A stretch of 64,000 bases of DNA from Takakia lepidozioides. Taxonomy: Eukaryota > Plantae > Bryophyta. This document shows, in pieces, positions 36,101-49,165 of the stretch. How positions within the stretch are numbered: the stretch's first letter is position 1; each line of letters opens with the position of its first letter. The notes beneath the pieces are model-generated. The model saw only the letters and a list, made by a program, of their open reading frames with translations, was not told the origin of the DNA and did no database searches. The stretch lies in contig CM060731.1 in NCBI GenBank assembly GCA_030704615.1, forward strand, positions 6,200,001 to 6,264,000, given 5' to 3'. The translations under genes and the position numbers were made by a program.

Positions 36101-37587
36101 CCTTCCTCTTGGCGTTCAGTTTTCCTCCAATTGTGACTGGGGTGCGAATATACGAAATATGGTTCAAACACCTAAACGCAAGCTTTGGGTCTCACTCAAT
36201 TGTGCCACTACAGATGAAGTTTAACGGACCATGCTTTGCAGTGTTCTTAGTCCTACCTTGGAGTACAAATCTGCCATGTAGAGTGGCAACTCCAACCATG
36301 CTAAAACCTTAGAATCCATTCAGTTTTGGGTGCTCAAAGAGAACATGTCATCACGCTCTAGAACAGCTAACATGACTGTTCAGGGTGAGTTTGGTGTAAC
36401 GCCCTTGAGCTCTCAACGTGATGAGTTCAACAAGGTCCGCTGGTGGGGTCAGTTGAATCGCATGCCTAATACCCAATACCCTAAGATGATCGACTCTATT
36501 TCCTGGAAGCGATAGCATCCTGTTCAACAGGCCAAAGTTCTGGCAGAAAAGGGTAGAGAAGAATTTCCTGAATAATAGGCAGAAAGAACTGACCCTGCTA
36601 GATTGGAGGCTGAAGTGTCTGAGGTCATGTCGGAAGCACGAAGAATGTCCGAACAAAACGAAGTTAGGGATAAAACCTCACTGAACTTGTTTCCAATCTA
36701 TGCCATGGGAGAACAATAAACAGATGCAGGAAGGAAAGGGAGATTGTCAAAGCCCAATGTGCAGGCGGCCTGAAGGCAATTTTCTGATACAATGTCGGGG
36801 GCGACCCTCTTCAGGACCATCAAGAACACAGTCCCTGCACCTCAGTTCACCAACTTTCACACTCTCGAGGCTGAGCCTAAAGCCCTTGCCTTGTTGGGGT
36901 CTGACTGCTGGGCAGATCACATACAGCAGATTGATGCTTGTGTGAAGGGATTTTTAGAGGAGAACGGGAAAGCCTGAACAAAATGTTCATATCAAGGTAA
37001 AGAGTCTTGTTCTGCCTAAACTGGGTGGGGGTCTATGGCCACAGGCTACAGCAAACAACGTCTTATGAGTACATTTCTCTCTCACATCTCTTACGCTTCT
37101 TGGCGCAGTTGGCAAGCTATTTTTGTAGGATAATAACCAACCGTCTTGATGTTGATTAGGAGTCATGAAGGTCAGGTGGGCTTCTGGAGAAATAGGGGCT
37201 GCGTCAACTTCATATGGGCCTTTAGGCTGTGGCAAACAAAGTCGTACATCTCATATGGACCTTTGAGGCCCTCTGTGAACAGTAAAAAATTCTTGTTTCT
37301 TTCATTCTCTCCATGGACATCAAAACTGAGCTATGGCCACAAAGTTATTGGTTGAAGACATACATCTCTCTCGCTTGGGAATGAAGGCCAACCTACCGTT
37401 CAATGTCAATGGCAGAAAATGGTTGACAGGCCCCATGCTGAAGCACCTTCCTCAGTGCCCAATACCTGCAAGAACTACAAATACTCAATAGACTTGCATG
37501 GACACACATCTCTCTCCATGCTCAAACAGCTTTCTCACTGCCAATACCTGCAACCTACACATACTCCAATATAGGCTTGAATGTAAA

Positions 37588-37629
<42 letters not shown>

Positions 37630-40600
37630 TGAATGTGGATACATTCTTTGTAACATCACTCAAGAACTGCCTGATCCCGCTGGCTCTTTCTCCATCCTTG
37701 AACATACAGGACATTTGATGGCAAACTAATACATGATATCTTGTGCTAGGCCCTGTAGCAGCAGCAGAACAGGGTATACGTGTACATCTTCTACATGATC
37801 CGGTCTATGTACATTGCTCTCTTGGCTGGTCTACTGTAGCCAATGCCTTCTATCAGCTTTAGGAAACCTGAAAATGAGAGGCTTGAGGATTCTCCCTCTC
37901 TCTCTCTCTCTCTTCTCTCCCTGTCCTCTAGGAAGCCTATTGCCATTGGGTGGACTTGATACGGGAGTACATTAATGTCTCTGTGACTAAATGCCGGCCT
38001 TGTGACCTCGTGTCCTTGTTTGTTTCGACCTGAAGCGCTTTGCTCCAGGTAAGGTAGTGCATTGGATTTAGTTGGAAAGCTTGGGGCCTTTCCCTCTTTA
38101 GAATATGCCTACATGGGCCATTCCCTGCAACTCCCTGGAGTGTGATCTCTGAATGGTAACAAGCGGACCCCTACCGCTTGGGGGCAGCCCCTCCGCCCAA
38201 ATTGGGCAGTCGTATGCTCTGTATAGCATACTCGGCACTTAGGCTCGGGTTGGTTCCTGTGCTTAAACTTATAGCCTGCGAGATCAATCAAAATTTTAGC
38301 TCCTATCAACATCAACACTCCCCAGGGTGATTCCTGGGAATTGGTTACTTATGCCAAATCTAGGGCTTCATGTGTAGTTTTTGGGGTGAATCCCAGGATG
38401 GACGATGTGTCCCTTAAAACTACATGCTCTAGCTTAGGCTTGGATTTCATGGCTAATGGTTCCATCTCGAGACTTGATAACAGGGGTACGTTGAAGGTTG
38501 CAATGACCAAAAGTGCTTCTAATAGAGTCCCACATCAATTCAATCTCAATGAAGTTCGTCCCTTGACTGGCTGGAGAGCGGTCTTAGACATTGGTGATTC
38601 GATGGGGCGCTCTAGGAAGACAACAAGGGCAAGGGCTTCAACTTGAGAGTTTCTAATCGGTTTGATGCTCTGGATGAGGTTGAATCCAAACAGCCAGAAG
38701 GACAAGATGTCCCTAAGTGTACAGAACCTGAATGTCCTGAATCTGAAGGATTTGGTACTCTGAATGGTTTACCAATCCTCAAGGTTTACACAAGACGAAC
38801 AAATTCTATACACGGGGTAATTGTCCCCAAGCCGTCAGATGGACAATCTGTCCCTAAGTGTGCAGAGCCTGAATGTCGTGTAACTGAAGGATTTGGTACT
38901 CTAAATGGTTTACCAATCCTCAAAGTCTACACAAGACGAGCAAAATCTATACACGGGGTAATTGTCCCCAAGCAGTCTGACGGACAATATGCCCCTAAGT
39001 GTGCGGAGCCTGTAACTGAAGGATTTGGTACCCTGAATGGTTTACCAATTCTCAAAGTTTACACAAGACGAGCAAAATCTACACATGGGGTAACTGTCCC
39101 CCTTTGCAGAACGGTTGGCCGTCCAGGAGCAATCACAAGCTACCTAGACGACAAACAATTCACATGCAAAGGGCTGGCTTGCGGCTGGCCACTTTCAACT
39201 TCTCAGGGCTTACTAACCAAAGGAAACAACTCGAAGTGGGACAAGTCCTTCGGACTAATGATATTCATATCTGTGCTGGGCAAGAAACATGGGAAACGTC
39301 GGATAAACTGGTTGGAGATGTCAATGGCTATAAATGGGCAGGTAGGATGTGTACTCTCAAGGCAGCCTCTGCCAAACGCGGTCAAAAAGGGGTTGGATTC
39401 TTTGTCCGTGATTTCTTGTTTGATAATTGTGAAATTATCAACAAGGGTTTGAGGTACGAGCATAGTATCTGGCTAAAACTGAATCTGAAGGGCGGCATGA
39501 GTACGAAGGACCTCTTTGTGGGTTGTGTTTACATGCCCACAGAGGGGACCCTTAGTGCTGACGCAGACAAAGCCTTCGAAGATGGAAAGCTGGACTGTGC
39601 TTCGTTCCTTGCCAAAGGTCAGGTAGTGCTATTGGGTGACTTCAATGCCCGGGTGGGCAAAGGGCTCCATCAGGACGATATCATTGGGCCTTTTGGTGAG
39701 GACGAGCTGAATTCTAATGGCAGACGGTTAATTAACTGTCTGGAAGAGCTTCAGCTTTTTACCTTGAATAACAGGACAAGAGGTGACCAAGTGCAGTGGA
39801 CTCGTGAGAGATTCCAAACTGGGGAACGTTCCATTGTGGACTATATCATAATGGTCAAAAATTTGTTTCCCCAGTGTGCCAATGTGTTGATCGATAGAAC
39901 TGATATTGGTACCTGCAACAGACTCCACCTGCACTAGTGGTAGTGCTGCTCCGCACATGAATCCCACGCCTCCCATATCTCCTCCCTCAGGAGCAGGAGG
40001 TGGACCATCCGGCCTTGGAGCCGGTACCACCTGAGCTGTAGCCATGGCAGCGAGCCTCTGCTCTAGCCCAAGGGCAAGCTCAACATGGCCAAGGACGCGG
40101 AGGCCAGGGTGTTGACCAAGGCATGGCCAACCACTTCCTGGTTTGGACTGAGATCAAAAGTTGTTTTCCCAACACCAAGAGATCTGTGAAACGTTCGATT
40201 CGGAAGTGGCGCATAGAAAAATTCCATAATGAGGAGGTCAAGGCTGAGTACGTCCAGGCCTTGCAAGAGGCTCTCCCTCATTTTGTCCAATCGCTCCAAG
40301 AACTTCAGTCTCGCTCTGACAACGCAAGAAATGAAGTCGAAAGAGCAGTGGACTCTTGGGAGAGTTTCGTTTCCTCCGTGGCTGACAAGATCATTGGGAG
40401 GAAACTAATTGTCTACGGTAGAGCTGTTAATTGGTGGACCAATGAGATCAAACTCAAGATAGCTGGGAGTCGAGCCCTTTATAAAGAGTGCTGCAATTTG
40501 AAAACCAACAGAGAATTGTGGGCGAGGTACTACCAGCTCCGTAAGGATATCAATCAGCTTGTTAGGTCTCAGAAGAAATTATACTGGGACAAGTTATACA

Positions 40601-43600
40601 GTGAAATAAACTCAAACCACCATGGTGGTAATGACAAGAAATTCTGGTTGGCCCTTCAACGTTTGTACAAGCCTAAAAACGGTCAGCAAGTACAAGCGCT
40701 GAAGACTACTAAAGGTGCAGTGGTGACTTCATCGGTTGACATTGTCAAAACCTTTGAAAATCACTACGGTATCCTTGGCAGAACTTCTAGGTCTAACAGT
40801 GAGGGGTCTTCTGCTGAATGGAGGGACACAGTTGGAAAAACTGTTCCTATGATTCAAAACAGCCCTGATGAACTGGAGTATATTTCAATGGCTTATAACG
40901 CTCCCATTAGTTCTTCTGAGATTGTGGAAGCAATTGAACATTTAAATGGATATAAAGCTGGTGGACCTGATGGTATTGTCAACGAGCTTATCAAGCACGG
41001 TGGCGATCCCATGATAGAGGCCCTAGTTCTCCTCTTTAACCTTATCTGGAAGACTGAAATGATCCCCTTTCGCTGGCGACAGGGGGTCATTGTCAATCTA
41101 TACAAGAAGGGTGACAGAGAAGAACCGGGGAACTACCGTGGCATCACGCTCCTCAATGCTGTTGGCAAGACATTCTGCAGAGGTATAAGTACTCGTCTCG
41201 AGGTTGATCTGGAGTCTAGAGGTTGTTTCCACGAAGGCCAAGCTGGCTTTCGGCGAAACAGGGGCTGTGTGGATCATATCTTCACTCTAAGCCAGATTAT
41301 CCAGGGAAGGAAAAAAGAAGGGAAACCCACTTATATTTTTTTCCTGGATGTCAAAAAGGCTTATGACACAGTGTGGAGAGATGGCCTATGGTTCCGCCTC
41401 TGGTCTTGTGGGATCAAGGGAAAGATGTGGAGAGTTGTCCACAACTTGTATGCTCACACCAAAAGCTGTGTCACTGTTAACGGACAGAAGTCCAACTTCT
41501 TTGACATAGACCAAGGTGTAGCTCAAGGATGTACTCTCTCCCCTCTGCTCTTCAATTGCTTTATCAATCAACTCCTCGAGGATGTGGAAAGTGAGGGATT
41601 TGGGTTAAGGGTGGGTGATACCACCATACCAGCCCTTATGTTTGCGGATGACTTGGCAGGCATAGGGGAGACTCCAACCAATCTCCAGGAGTTGATTGAT
41701 TGCGCGAAGAGATACTTTGATCTTTGGGGGCTAGAGGCTAATGTCAGCAAATGTGCAGTGGTAGCATTCAACGACAGAGGAGAGGGAGGAAGTGATCTTA
41801 AGTGGCAGTGGGGTAGCCAAGAGATCCCGGTCCTCCTACACTTACCTGGGCGTTGAGTTTTCCTCCAATTGTAATTGGGATGCACATATCCGGAAAGTTG
41901 TTCAAACTGGCAAGGGCAAAGCTCTGGGGCTCACTAAATTTTTCCACTGCAGAGGGGTCAACTCTGAGGTTAAGAAAACCATGCTTTGTCGCATTATTAG
42001 ACCTGCCTTGGAGTACGGATCTGCTATATGGGTTGCTAACTCCAACCAGGCTAAGTCTCTAGAATCCATTCAAGTGGGGGTGCTTAAGGAGTGTATGTCA
42101 GCATGCTCCAAAACAGCCAGTGTGGCTGTTCGGGGTGAGTTTGGCATTCCGTCCTTAAGCTCCCAACGAGATGAATTCAAGGTCAGATGGTGGGGTCAGC
42201 TGCAACATATGCCCAACACCAGATATCCTAAGTTAATCGACTCTATATCTTGGAAACAGGACCGCCCTGTCAAACAGGTTAAGTCCTGGCAGAAGAGATT
42301 GTACTCATAAGACGTTGTTTGCCGTAGCCTTGTGGCCATTGACCCCGCACCCAGTTTGAGCGGGAACAAAAGGGACAGAACCTACCTCTGTCAGGGGCTG
42401 ACGTTGGTAGTAAGACTTACCTCCATATAAAGGCAGAAGAGAGTAGAAGAGATTCTCAAGGACCTGGACCTGGATCCGCAAGTCTTGACCCTGATGGATA
42501 AATCTGACTTAGAGGCTGTAGTGTCCGAAGCCATGTCTGTTGCCATGAGATTGTCTGATGAAAATGAAGTTACTTCCCTGAACTTGTTTCCAGTCAGTGA
42601 CATGGGGGAGGACATCTTGGATGACCTCAAGGGTCTACCCACTCTCGGCACTAGACTGAAATTTAAACTCAGGGCAGGAAGCCTACCTTTGAACAGCAAA
42701 CAGAAGCAGAGAGGAAAGGGAGAGTGCAATTGCCCGTTGTGTGGGCAATCTGAAGACAGTATTCATTTTCTGATACACTGTCCAGGGTTCTCTCACCAAA
42801 GAGACGCTCTCTTCAAATCTATCAAGGGAATTGTGCCTGTACCCCTGTTTACCAACTTTGAAAGTCTCGAGGCTGAGCTGAAAGCCCAGGCCCTCCTGAG
42901 GCCTAGTTTTTGGGCAAATCACACACAGCAGATTGATGCTTGTGTGAAGGGATTTCTAGAGGATAATTGGATAATGGGATGACTCACTAGGGTGACTCAT
43001 GAGGGTTCACAATGGAGGTCTTAACCTAAAGCTGCTTCCCTATATGGTTGGTAAGCTTGGCCACTCTTCCCATTTGGAAGAGGAGCAGGCAAGAACTGAA
43101 GGAGCTGATTACACTATGGCTACAAGCAAGGTATCCACATTCAGACTCCTTCAACAGTGTGATGGGCTGCATAGTATGGCAACACAAAGAGAGTTGACAC
43201 TATGAGGAACTTACATGGACTTGACTAAGCTCTACTCTGAATCTAGGAATATTTGTGCAAAACCAAGGGCTTCTATATGGGTCCTTGCTTGAGTACTTGG
43301 TCTTCCTTTTGGGAATAGGTGCTTGTTGTCATGCTTACTTGATTAAGCTCTACTCTGATTCTATGAATACCTTTGCAAATGAAAGACCTCTTTGTGTCCC
43401 CTTGCTTGAGTACTTGGCTCTAGTGACACCTTCCTTTTGGGAATGGGTGGTTACTTACATGAGACCACCCCCCCTCCCTCTGGAGCATGGTCTGAAATAG
43501 GTGCTACTGAGTTCTGTACCTATGTTGACTGAAATGGCTGAAAGGACCTCCCTTACCTCTCCTCTCTTTGCTAGTATGACCTGTTGCAGGGATGACATTG

Positions 43601-46600
43601 AGCCTGGGGGTCCACAGGGATCACTAACCTGTTGGTTGGTTGGTTGGCTGTGATGGATCCAGGTGATGCCACTTCACCTTCTTTTGTTGCAGGAAATGCT
43701 ACTAAGGGCAAGAGACTAAGGGAGTGAGGCTTTGAGCTCTCTCAAACCTCAAATCTGTTTGTATGTGTTGCTTATGTACGCATACTACTGCTGTTTTTGC
43801 ACTGTTGGTTTGATATATCTACCTACATGGAAAGGAGTTGCGTTTAAGGAGACGCTTGTGCTCTTCCTACTACTACTGTCGCTTCCTATAATGAAAGTGA
43901 ATCTGTTCCTTAGAAGGGCCTACCTGGTGTGCATCTGATTGCCACTTGGTACACCTAAAAACTGGTTTTCCAGCAAGGATATGTAAAGGGAGGTATGGAG
44001 GCAGATCTGGGTAGAGGCAGTTTGATGGTGCCTAGATTAGGTTGTATGAAGTCGTTAAAAAGAGGCAAACACAGCACATTGTGCTTAGTGTGTCCTTGTC
44101 TAGCTTTGACATGCTATGTGAATCTCTCTCCTTGAATGTAGCTGAGTTCTTTGTAACAACACTCAAGAATTGCCTGATCCAATTATTCTGTTGGGAGATT
44201 TTCACCTAGAGAAGAACAGTAAATGGGATGACTAATTAGGGTTTTCCCTGGGTCTTAACCTACAGCAGCTACCCTATAAGGTTAGAAACCGTGGCCACTC
44301 TTCTCTTGGAAGAGGAGGAGGCAAGACCAGAAGGAGCAGTAACCTTACTGCTGAACTATGGAATAAGGTACTCAAAGAGAAGAGTGCTGCTTAGTATGGT
44401 AACACAAAGAGAGTAGACACTATGAAGAGCTAACATTGACTTACTAGCTCTACTCTGAATCTAATACTTGCAAACCTATTCTATATATGCCCTTGTTTGA
44501 GTACTTGGCTCTAGTAACACCATCCTTTTGGGATTGACGGAGATCACTAACCTGTTGGTTTCTTGGTTGATTGTGATGGATCCAGGTGAGGCCATTTCAC
44601 CTTCTTTTGTTGCAGGAAATGCTACTAAGGGCTAGAGACTAATGCAGTGAGGCTTTGAGCTCTCCCAAACCTCAAATCTGTTTGTATGTGTTGGTTTTGT
44701 ACACACTCTTGCGGGTTGAAGCACATATGAGCTTGTACCTACATGGAAAGGAATCTCCTTTAAGGAGACACTAGTACACTTCCTACTCCTACTGTTGCTT
44801 CCTAAAATACGAAAGTGAGGAGGAAGATCTGTTTGTGAGAACGGCCTACATAGTGTGCGTATGATTGCCACTTAAGCACCTCAATACTGGTAAGGATGAG
44901 GTATGGAGGCAGATCTGGGTTAGTTTGATGGTGCCTAAATTAGGCTGTCTGATGTTGGTAAAAAGAGGTAAACACTAATTGTTTATATCAAGATAAGTCA
45001 CACTACTGGTGTGAGACCCTCACAAAGGTAGTGTCTATTCCCTATGTTTCTGTCCAAACTGGGTCTATGGACACAAGGCTATGGCAAACAACGTCTCATG
45101 AGTACATTCACACAGATACACCCAAATACATTGGTAACGAGTGAGAAAACACTCACACCTGCTGAACCGCACGAGAAATTCAGGTACAGTGCGCAGCTGG
45201 AAGAAAACTGCAATAATGATTTCACTTTGTCAATAGAACTGTCTGTGCATTACACAAAGCTCTTTGTGTTGATGATCACCTTCCAAAAATTTGCCGTCCT
45301 AGAGAAACGCACAATGAGAGAAAGCAAACCACACAATAGCCTTGATGAGAATCCACACAGGTGGGTTAAGCTACATGAGCAACGTACATTCCATGTGGAA
45401 GAGAAAAACGAAAGTTATTGGGAGTGAAAGAGAGAGTATGTCCTGAAAAGGAGTCGTTGCCCCCACACCCAGTTTAGGCAGAACAATGGGGAACAAACGC
45501 TACCTTTGTGAGGGGCTCACTCCAGTAGTGGGACATACCTTGTTATAAAAAAATTGTTTGGGCTTTCCAGATTTCCTCTGGAGGCCTCAATCTGTTGTGT
45601 GTGGTCTACCCAACAGTTAGACCCCGACAGGGAAATGAGAGGGAGAGAATGTACTGATAAGACGTTGTTTGCCGTAGCCTTCTGGCATAGAGAGACAGTG
45701 TTGTTCAATAATGTCAAGACTACTTAGGTCCTAGATTGTTCAGATGTAGTTCCTGAAAACTGAAGACATCATACAGTTGAACCATGTTCAGCCCTTTCAA
45801 CATAGATCAAGATATTTCACTCCCTAAGCCGCAGGACCATAGAATCCAGATTTTGAACTATATACACACACAACCATAGTTAGTGTCAAACTATGGAACA
45901 GCTTAGCAATCGTTGTCTAACTCATCTCAAGATTGTAATCATGGCTGAAAGCACAGGACAAGTAGCAAGTGGATGAGGGGATGGAAGTAAGAAAACCTCA
46001 AGCGTCTTCTGATTGCACTCCACAGCCTAGTATTACAGCTTATTGCTGATGTCCTTGTTAGAGTTGGACTCTTACTCCGACCTATAGATGCAACTGAGCT
46101 ATACAACACCCAAGTCAGGGGTATGACAAGTCCTCCAGGATAAACTCCTTCATGAGTGAAGGAACAAAATGTCTCACCTTCTCAAAGCTGTTGCTGTCAA
46201 CACAATAATACATGCCTTCAGGAGCTTTGTGAGCATAAGGGTATCTTAGAGCTTGGAGAGGACTAAGTAGTCATGCTCTCACATCCACTCCTCTCACTGG
46301 TCTGCTCCTCTGTGGAGAGAGAGAGACCAGATATGGTGGTACTCACTGGGCCAGTCTTATACACTAGAGTGGGGTGCCGTGGCAGCCCTAACAGCCATTT
46401 GTTCTCTTTGAAGAGCATAATCCAGCTCCTTACTTCAATTCCACTAGCTCATAAAGATCACAAAGCGGCTCCTTAGAAAGCAAAGATATGTACACCATAG
46501 GTACAGCCATTGCCACTTGTGAAAGGTACACCCATTAATAAGCATGGATCACACAGTGTTTTTTGGAACATTCCGAGACTCAGATGTAACCAAGGTTCAT

Positions 46601-49165
46601 GGATCATAAATCTTACTCGTGTCATAATACGTCCGATTAGGGGATGAGATATAGGAATAAGGTAGAGACCTGCAGAGAACAACCCGAGAGAGAGAAAGAC
46701 ACGCACCAATCATGACATTTTTTGTGGTTTGTGGCAAAAGATGACTCCCCAGTTTGAAAAGAAGAGAAAATGCACATTGACTGTTCTTATCGCGCTCAGA
46801 CACTAAGCATCCTGGAGCCAAATTGTCGGGTTTCACCACCAGGCTTTATACAATTCAACCCAAACTATCAACCCGAAACAGGCTGATTAGGCTGTCGAGT
46901 TTTATAATCTTCACAGACTGATTCCAGAGCTCTCAGGAGTTTCAACCTCTAAAAAAGATTTGAAGCTTCAGACCAGTTTGAAACTCCTGAGAGCTCTGGA
47001 ATCAGTCTGTGAAGATTATAAAACTCGACAGCCTAATCAGCCTGTTTCGGGTTGATAGTTTGGGTTGAATTGTATAAAGCCTGGTGGTGAAACCCGACAA
47101 TTTGGCTCCAGGATGCTTAGTGTCTGAGCGCGATAAGAACAGTCAATGTGCATTTTCTCTTCTTTTCATCAATCTCGCAATCAATCTCGCAAATCACACA
47201 CAGCAGATTGATGCTTGTGTGAAGGGATTTCTAGAGGATATCTGGAAAACCCGGATTAATTCTTTATATGAAGGTAAGTCTTACAACCAACGTCAGCCCC
47301 TGACAGAGGTAGGTTCTGTCCCTTTTGTTCCCGCTCAAACTGGGCGCGGGGTCAATGGCCACAAGGCTACGGCAAACAACGTCTTATGAGTACAATCTTA
47401 CACTTTAAGAAACTGATGTGGTTGACAGTCCAGAAGGTGAAGAGGTTCTTCAATTCAGTCTCAGGGGATTGTGAGCTAATATATGTGCTGGCATGGACAT
47501 CATACTAGAAAGGCTGAGGATGATTCCGGCACAGTAACTCTAGCTGCCAATAGATGTGAAAAATATGGCTGTGGACGAAAGAGGGCACAGAGGGAGATGA
47601 ATACTCACAAAAGTACCAGCTCCGAAGAATCTGTTGGAAACTGGAGTGTAGGGCATTGCTGAAAACAGTACTATGGGGCGAATTGACCACCACTATTTTT
47701 CTCAGTTTATCTGGATAGTCTTCAGCAAGAGCCCATGTCACTGCTCCTCCCCAATCGTGCCCTACCTGCAGTCATGATCGCCTTTTATTGGTCATTGTTG
47801 TTCTCTCTCTCTCTTACTCCGTCCAAACTGGGCACGAGGTCTATGGCCACAAGGCTACGGCAAACAACGTCTCCTGAGTACATTCTCTCTCTCAATAACC
47901 CTGCAACTGGGCTGTCAAGTTTGCATGCTGACAAGTGCCTCTGCGAGCGCCTTAATGGCAGTTGTGGGAAAATAAGTTCATACCTGCAGCTGAGCTGCGG
48001 GGATGAGCTAAACCGTGGTGGGCGTGAGCCCCACAAAAGGCTCTGGGAGGTTTAGTTTTCCGAGGGGGTCAACGGTCATAAGGCTATGGCAAGCCAACGT
48101 TTGCAGTGAACGGCACAAGTACATTCTCTCTCTCTCTGTCTCGCATACGTTTTCCCGCTCAAACTGGGCGCGGGGTCAATGGCCACAAGGCTACGGCAAA
48201 CAACGTCTTATGAGTACAATCTGTCTCGCATACGTTTGAACAAAAAACAGATGCAGAGAGGAAAAGGAGATTGTAATTGCCCAATGTGCGGGCAGCCTGA
48301 AGACAATAACTTGAGGCTGAGCCTAAAGCCATACCCATGTTGGGGTCGTCGAATTACTGGGCAGACTGCACACATCAAGTTCATGCTTGTGTGAAGGATT
48401 TTCTAGAGGATATCTGGAAAGCCCAAACTAACTGTCTACACAATGGTAAGTCACACTGCCAGAGTGAGCCCCTAATAAAGGTAGTTTCTGTTCCCTTTTC
48501 TGTTCCCACAAGGCTACAACAAACAACGAGTACATTCTGTCTCACACACCCCATCTTCATAATGAGCGAGAGATGTACTCACCACCATTGCTGGCTTGCC
48601 AGCTCCAAGGTGATCAATGAGGCACACGATATCTGACAAGACCGGCTGGCGGCCATAACTTGCCACCACCTTGGGTTTGGAGGAGGTGTTGTAGCCCCGG
48701 AGATCTGGGGCTATCACATGGTACCCTGCTTGAGCCAATTCTTGAAACTGGTTCTTCCAGGCATACCAAAAGTTGGGGAAGCCATGAATCAGTACAACCT
48801 GGGAACACAAAATGGGACAAAAGAGTTAGTCAAATTGATAGAACAACACTCCATGGAACAGATTCCACAGTCATTCATCCAGAAACTACTTCTACACTCT
48901 ACAGGTATTTTACTCTGGCAGTGACTTCAACACTACTGAGTCTGTTATGGAGTGGAGACAGGGGCAGGACAAGGGACGACACAAAAAACAGAAGCGCAGA
49001 CAGCATAAACTTCAGTGCAGGATATTAGCTGTGGCTGACCAGGTCTCCACATGGGTTTCCACACTCAACATAGTGTATGATTATGTCTCCATTCAGAAGC
49101 TCGTTATGACGTAGCCGACAGCCTCCGACTTCCTCTTCTTTCTCTACTTCGGCACTATTCTCCAT
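33160..49165 (-). CDS. Alpha/beta-fold epoxide hydrolase, 7 exons (49165-49040, 48798-48583, 47765-47609, 45207-45159, 37465-37397, 33629-33416, 33306-33160)
   Basis: HGFP oxyanion motif, APDLRGY, nucleophile GHDWG, SWYFFFFQ and NYYRA tyrosines, WGELD, SHW histidine. Manual splicing stays in frame. Confidence 0.9.
34690..37073 (+). mobile_element. Older degenerate copy of the RTE-X-like LINE (end of APE, RT and 3' end)
   Basis: Fragmented homology to 39830-42970 (IDQGVAQGCILSQLLFN, EFNKVRWWGQL) and the same 3' terminus ...AACAACGTCTTATGAGTACA. Confidence 0.9.
37591..37626 (+). repeat. (CT)n microsatellite
   Basis: Pure CT run; further runs at about 24466-24497 and 37893-37920. Confidence 0.95.
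37920..42970 (+). mobile_element. Near full-length non-LTR retrotransposon (RTE-X-like): ORF1 remnant, then APE, RT and CCHC knuckle; interrupted
   Basis: APE motifs (TFNFSG, QETW, GVGF, GDFNARVG, IVDY), RT motifs (YRGITLL, QAGFR, GVAQGCTLSPLLF, FADD) and CPLC..EDSIHFLIHC. Clade assignment is by motif resemblance only. Confidence 0.92.
42299..42431 (-). mobile_element. 5'-truncated antisense copy of the same LINE inserted into its own ORF2
   Basis: Reverse complement of the LINE 3' end, flanked by an 11-bp TSD GGCAGAAGAGA (42288-42298 and 42432-42442). Confidence 0.92.
42971..44975. repeat. Two diverged tandem copies of a ~0.8-1.1 kb LTR-like non-coding repeat
   Basis: 42971-~44130 and 44221-~44975 share blocks such as GGATCCAGGTGA.GCCA.TTCACCTTCTTTTGTTGCAGGAAATGCTACTAAGGG. 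Confidence 0.75.
46755..47168. repeat. Perfect inverted repeat: ~191-bp arms with a 32-bp loop
   Basis: 46755-46945 is the reverse complement of 46978-47168; identical peptides appear on opposite strands in the ORF track. Confidence 0.97.
47176..48535 (+). mobile_element. Cluster of 5'-truncated LINE 3'-end copies (about 47176-47394, 47821-47883, 48063-48123, 48150-48218, 48235-48534)
   Basis: Repeated GGCCACAAGGCTACGGCAAACAACGTCTTATGAGTACA terminus. Confidence 0.88.

Noticed and set aside
46597-47389. Two ORFs starting MVKPDNLAPGCLVSERDK on opposite strands
   Set aside because: Artefact of the perfect inverted repeat plus the LINE 3' end.
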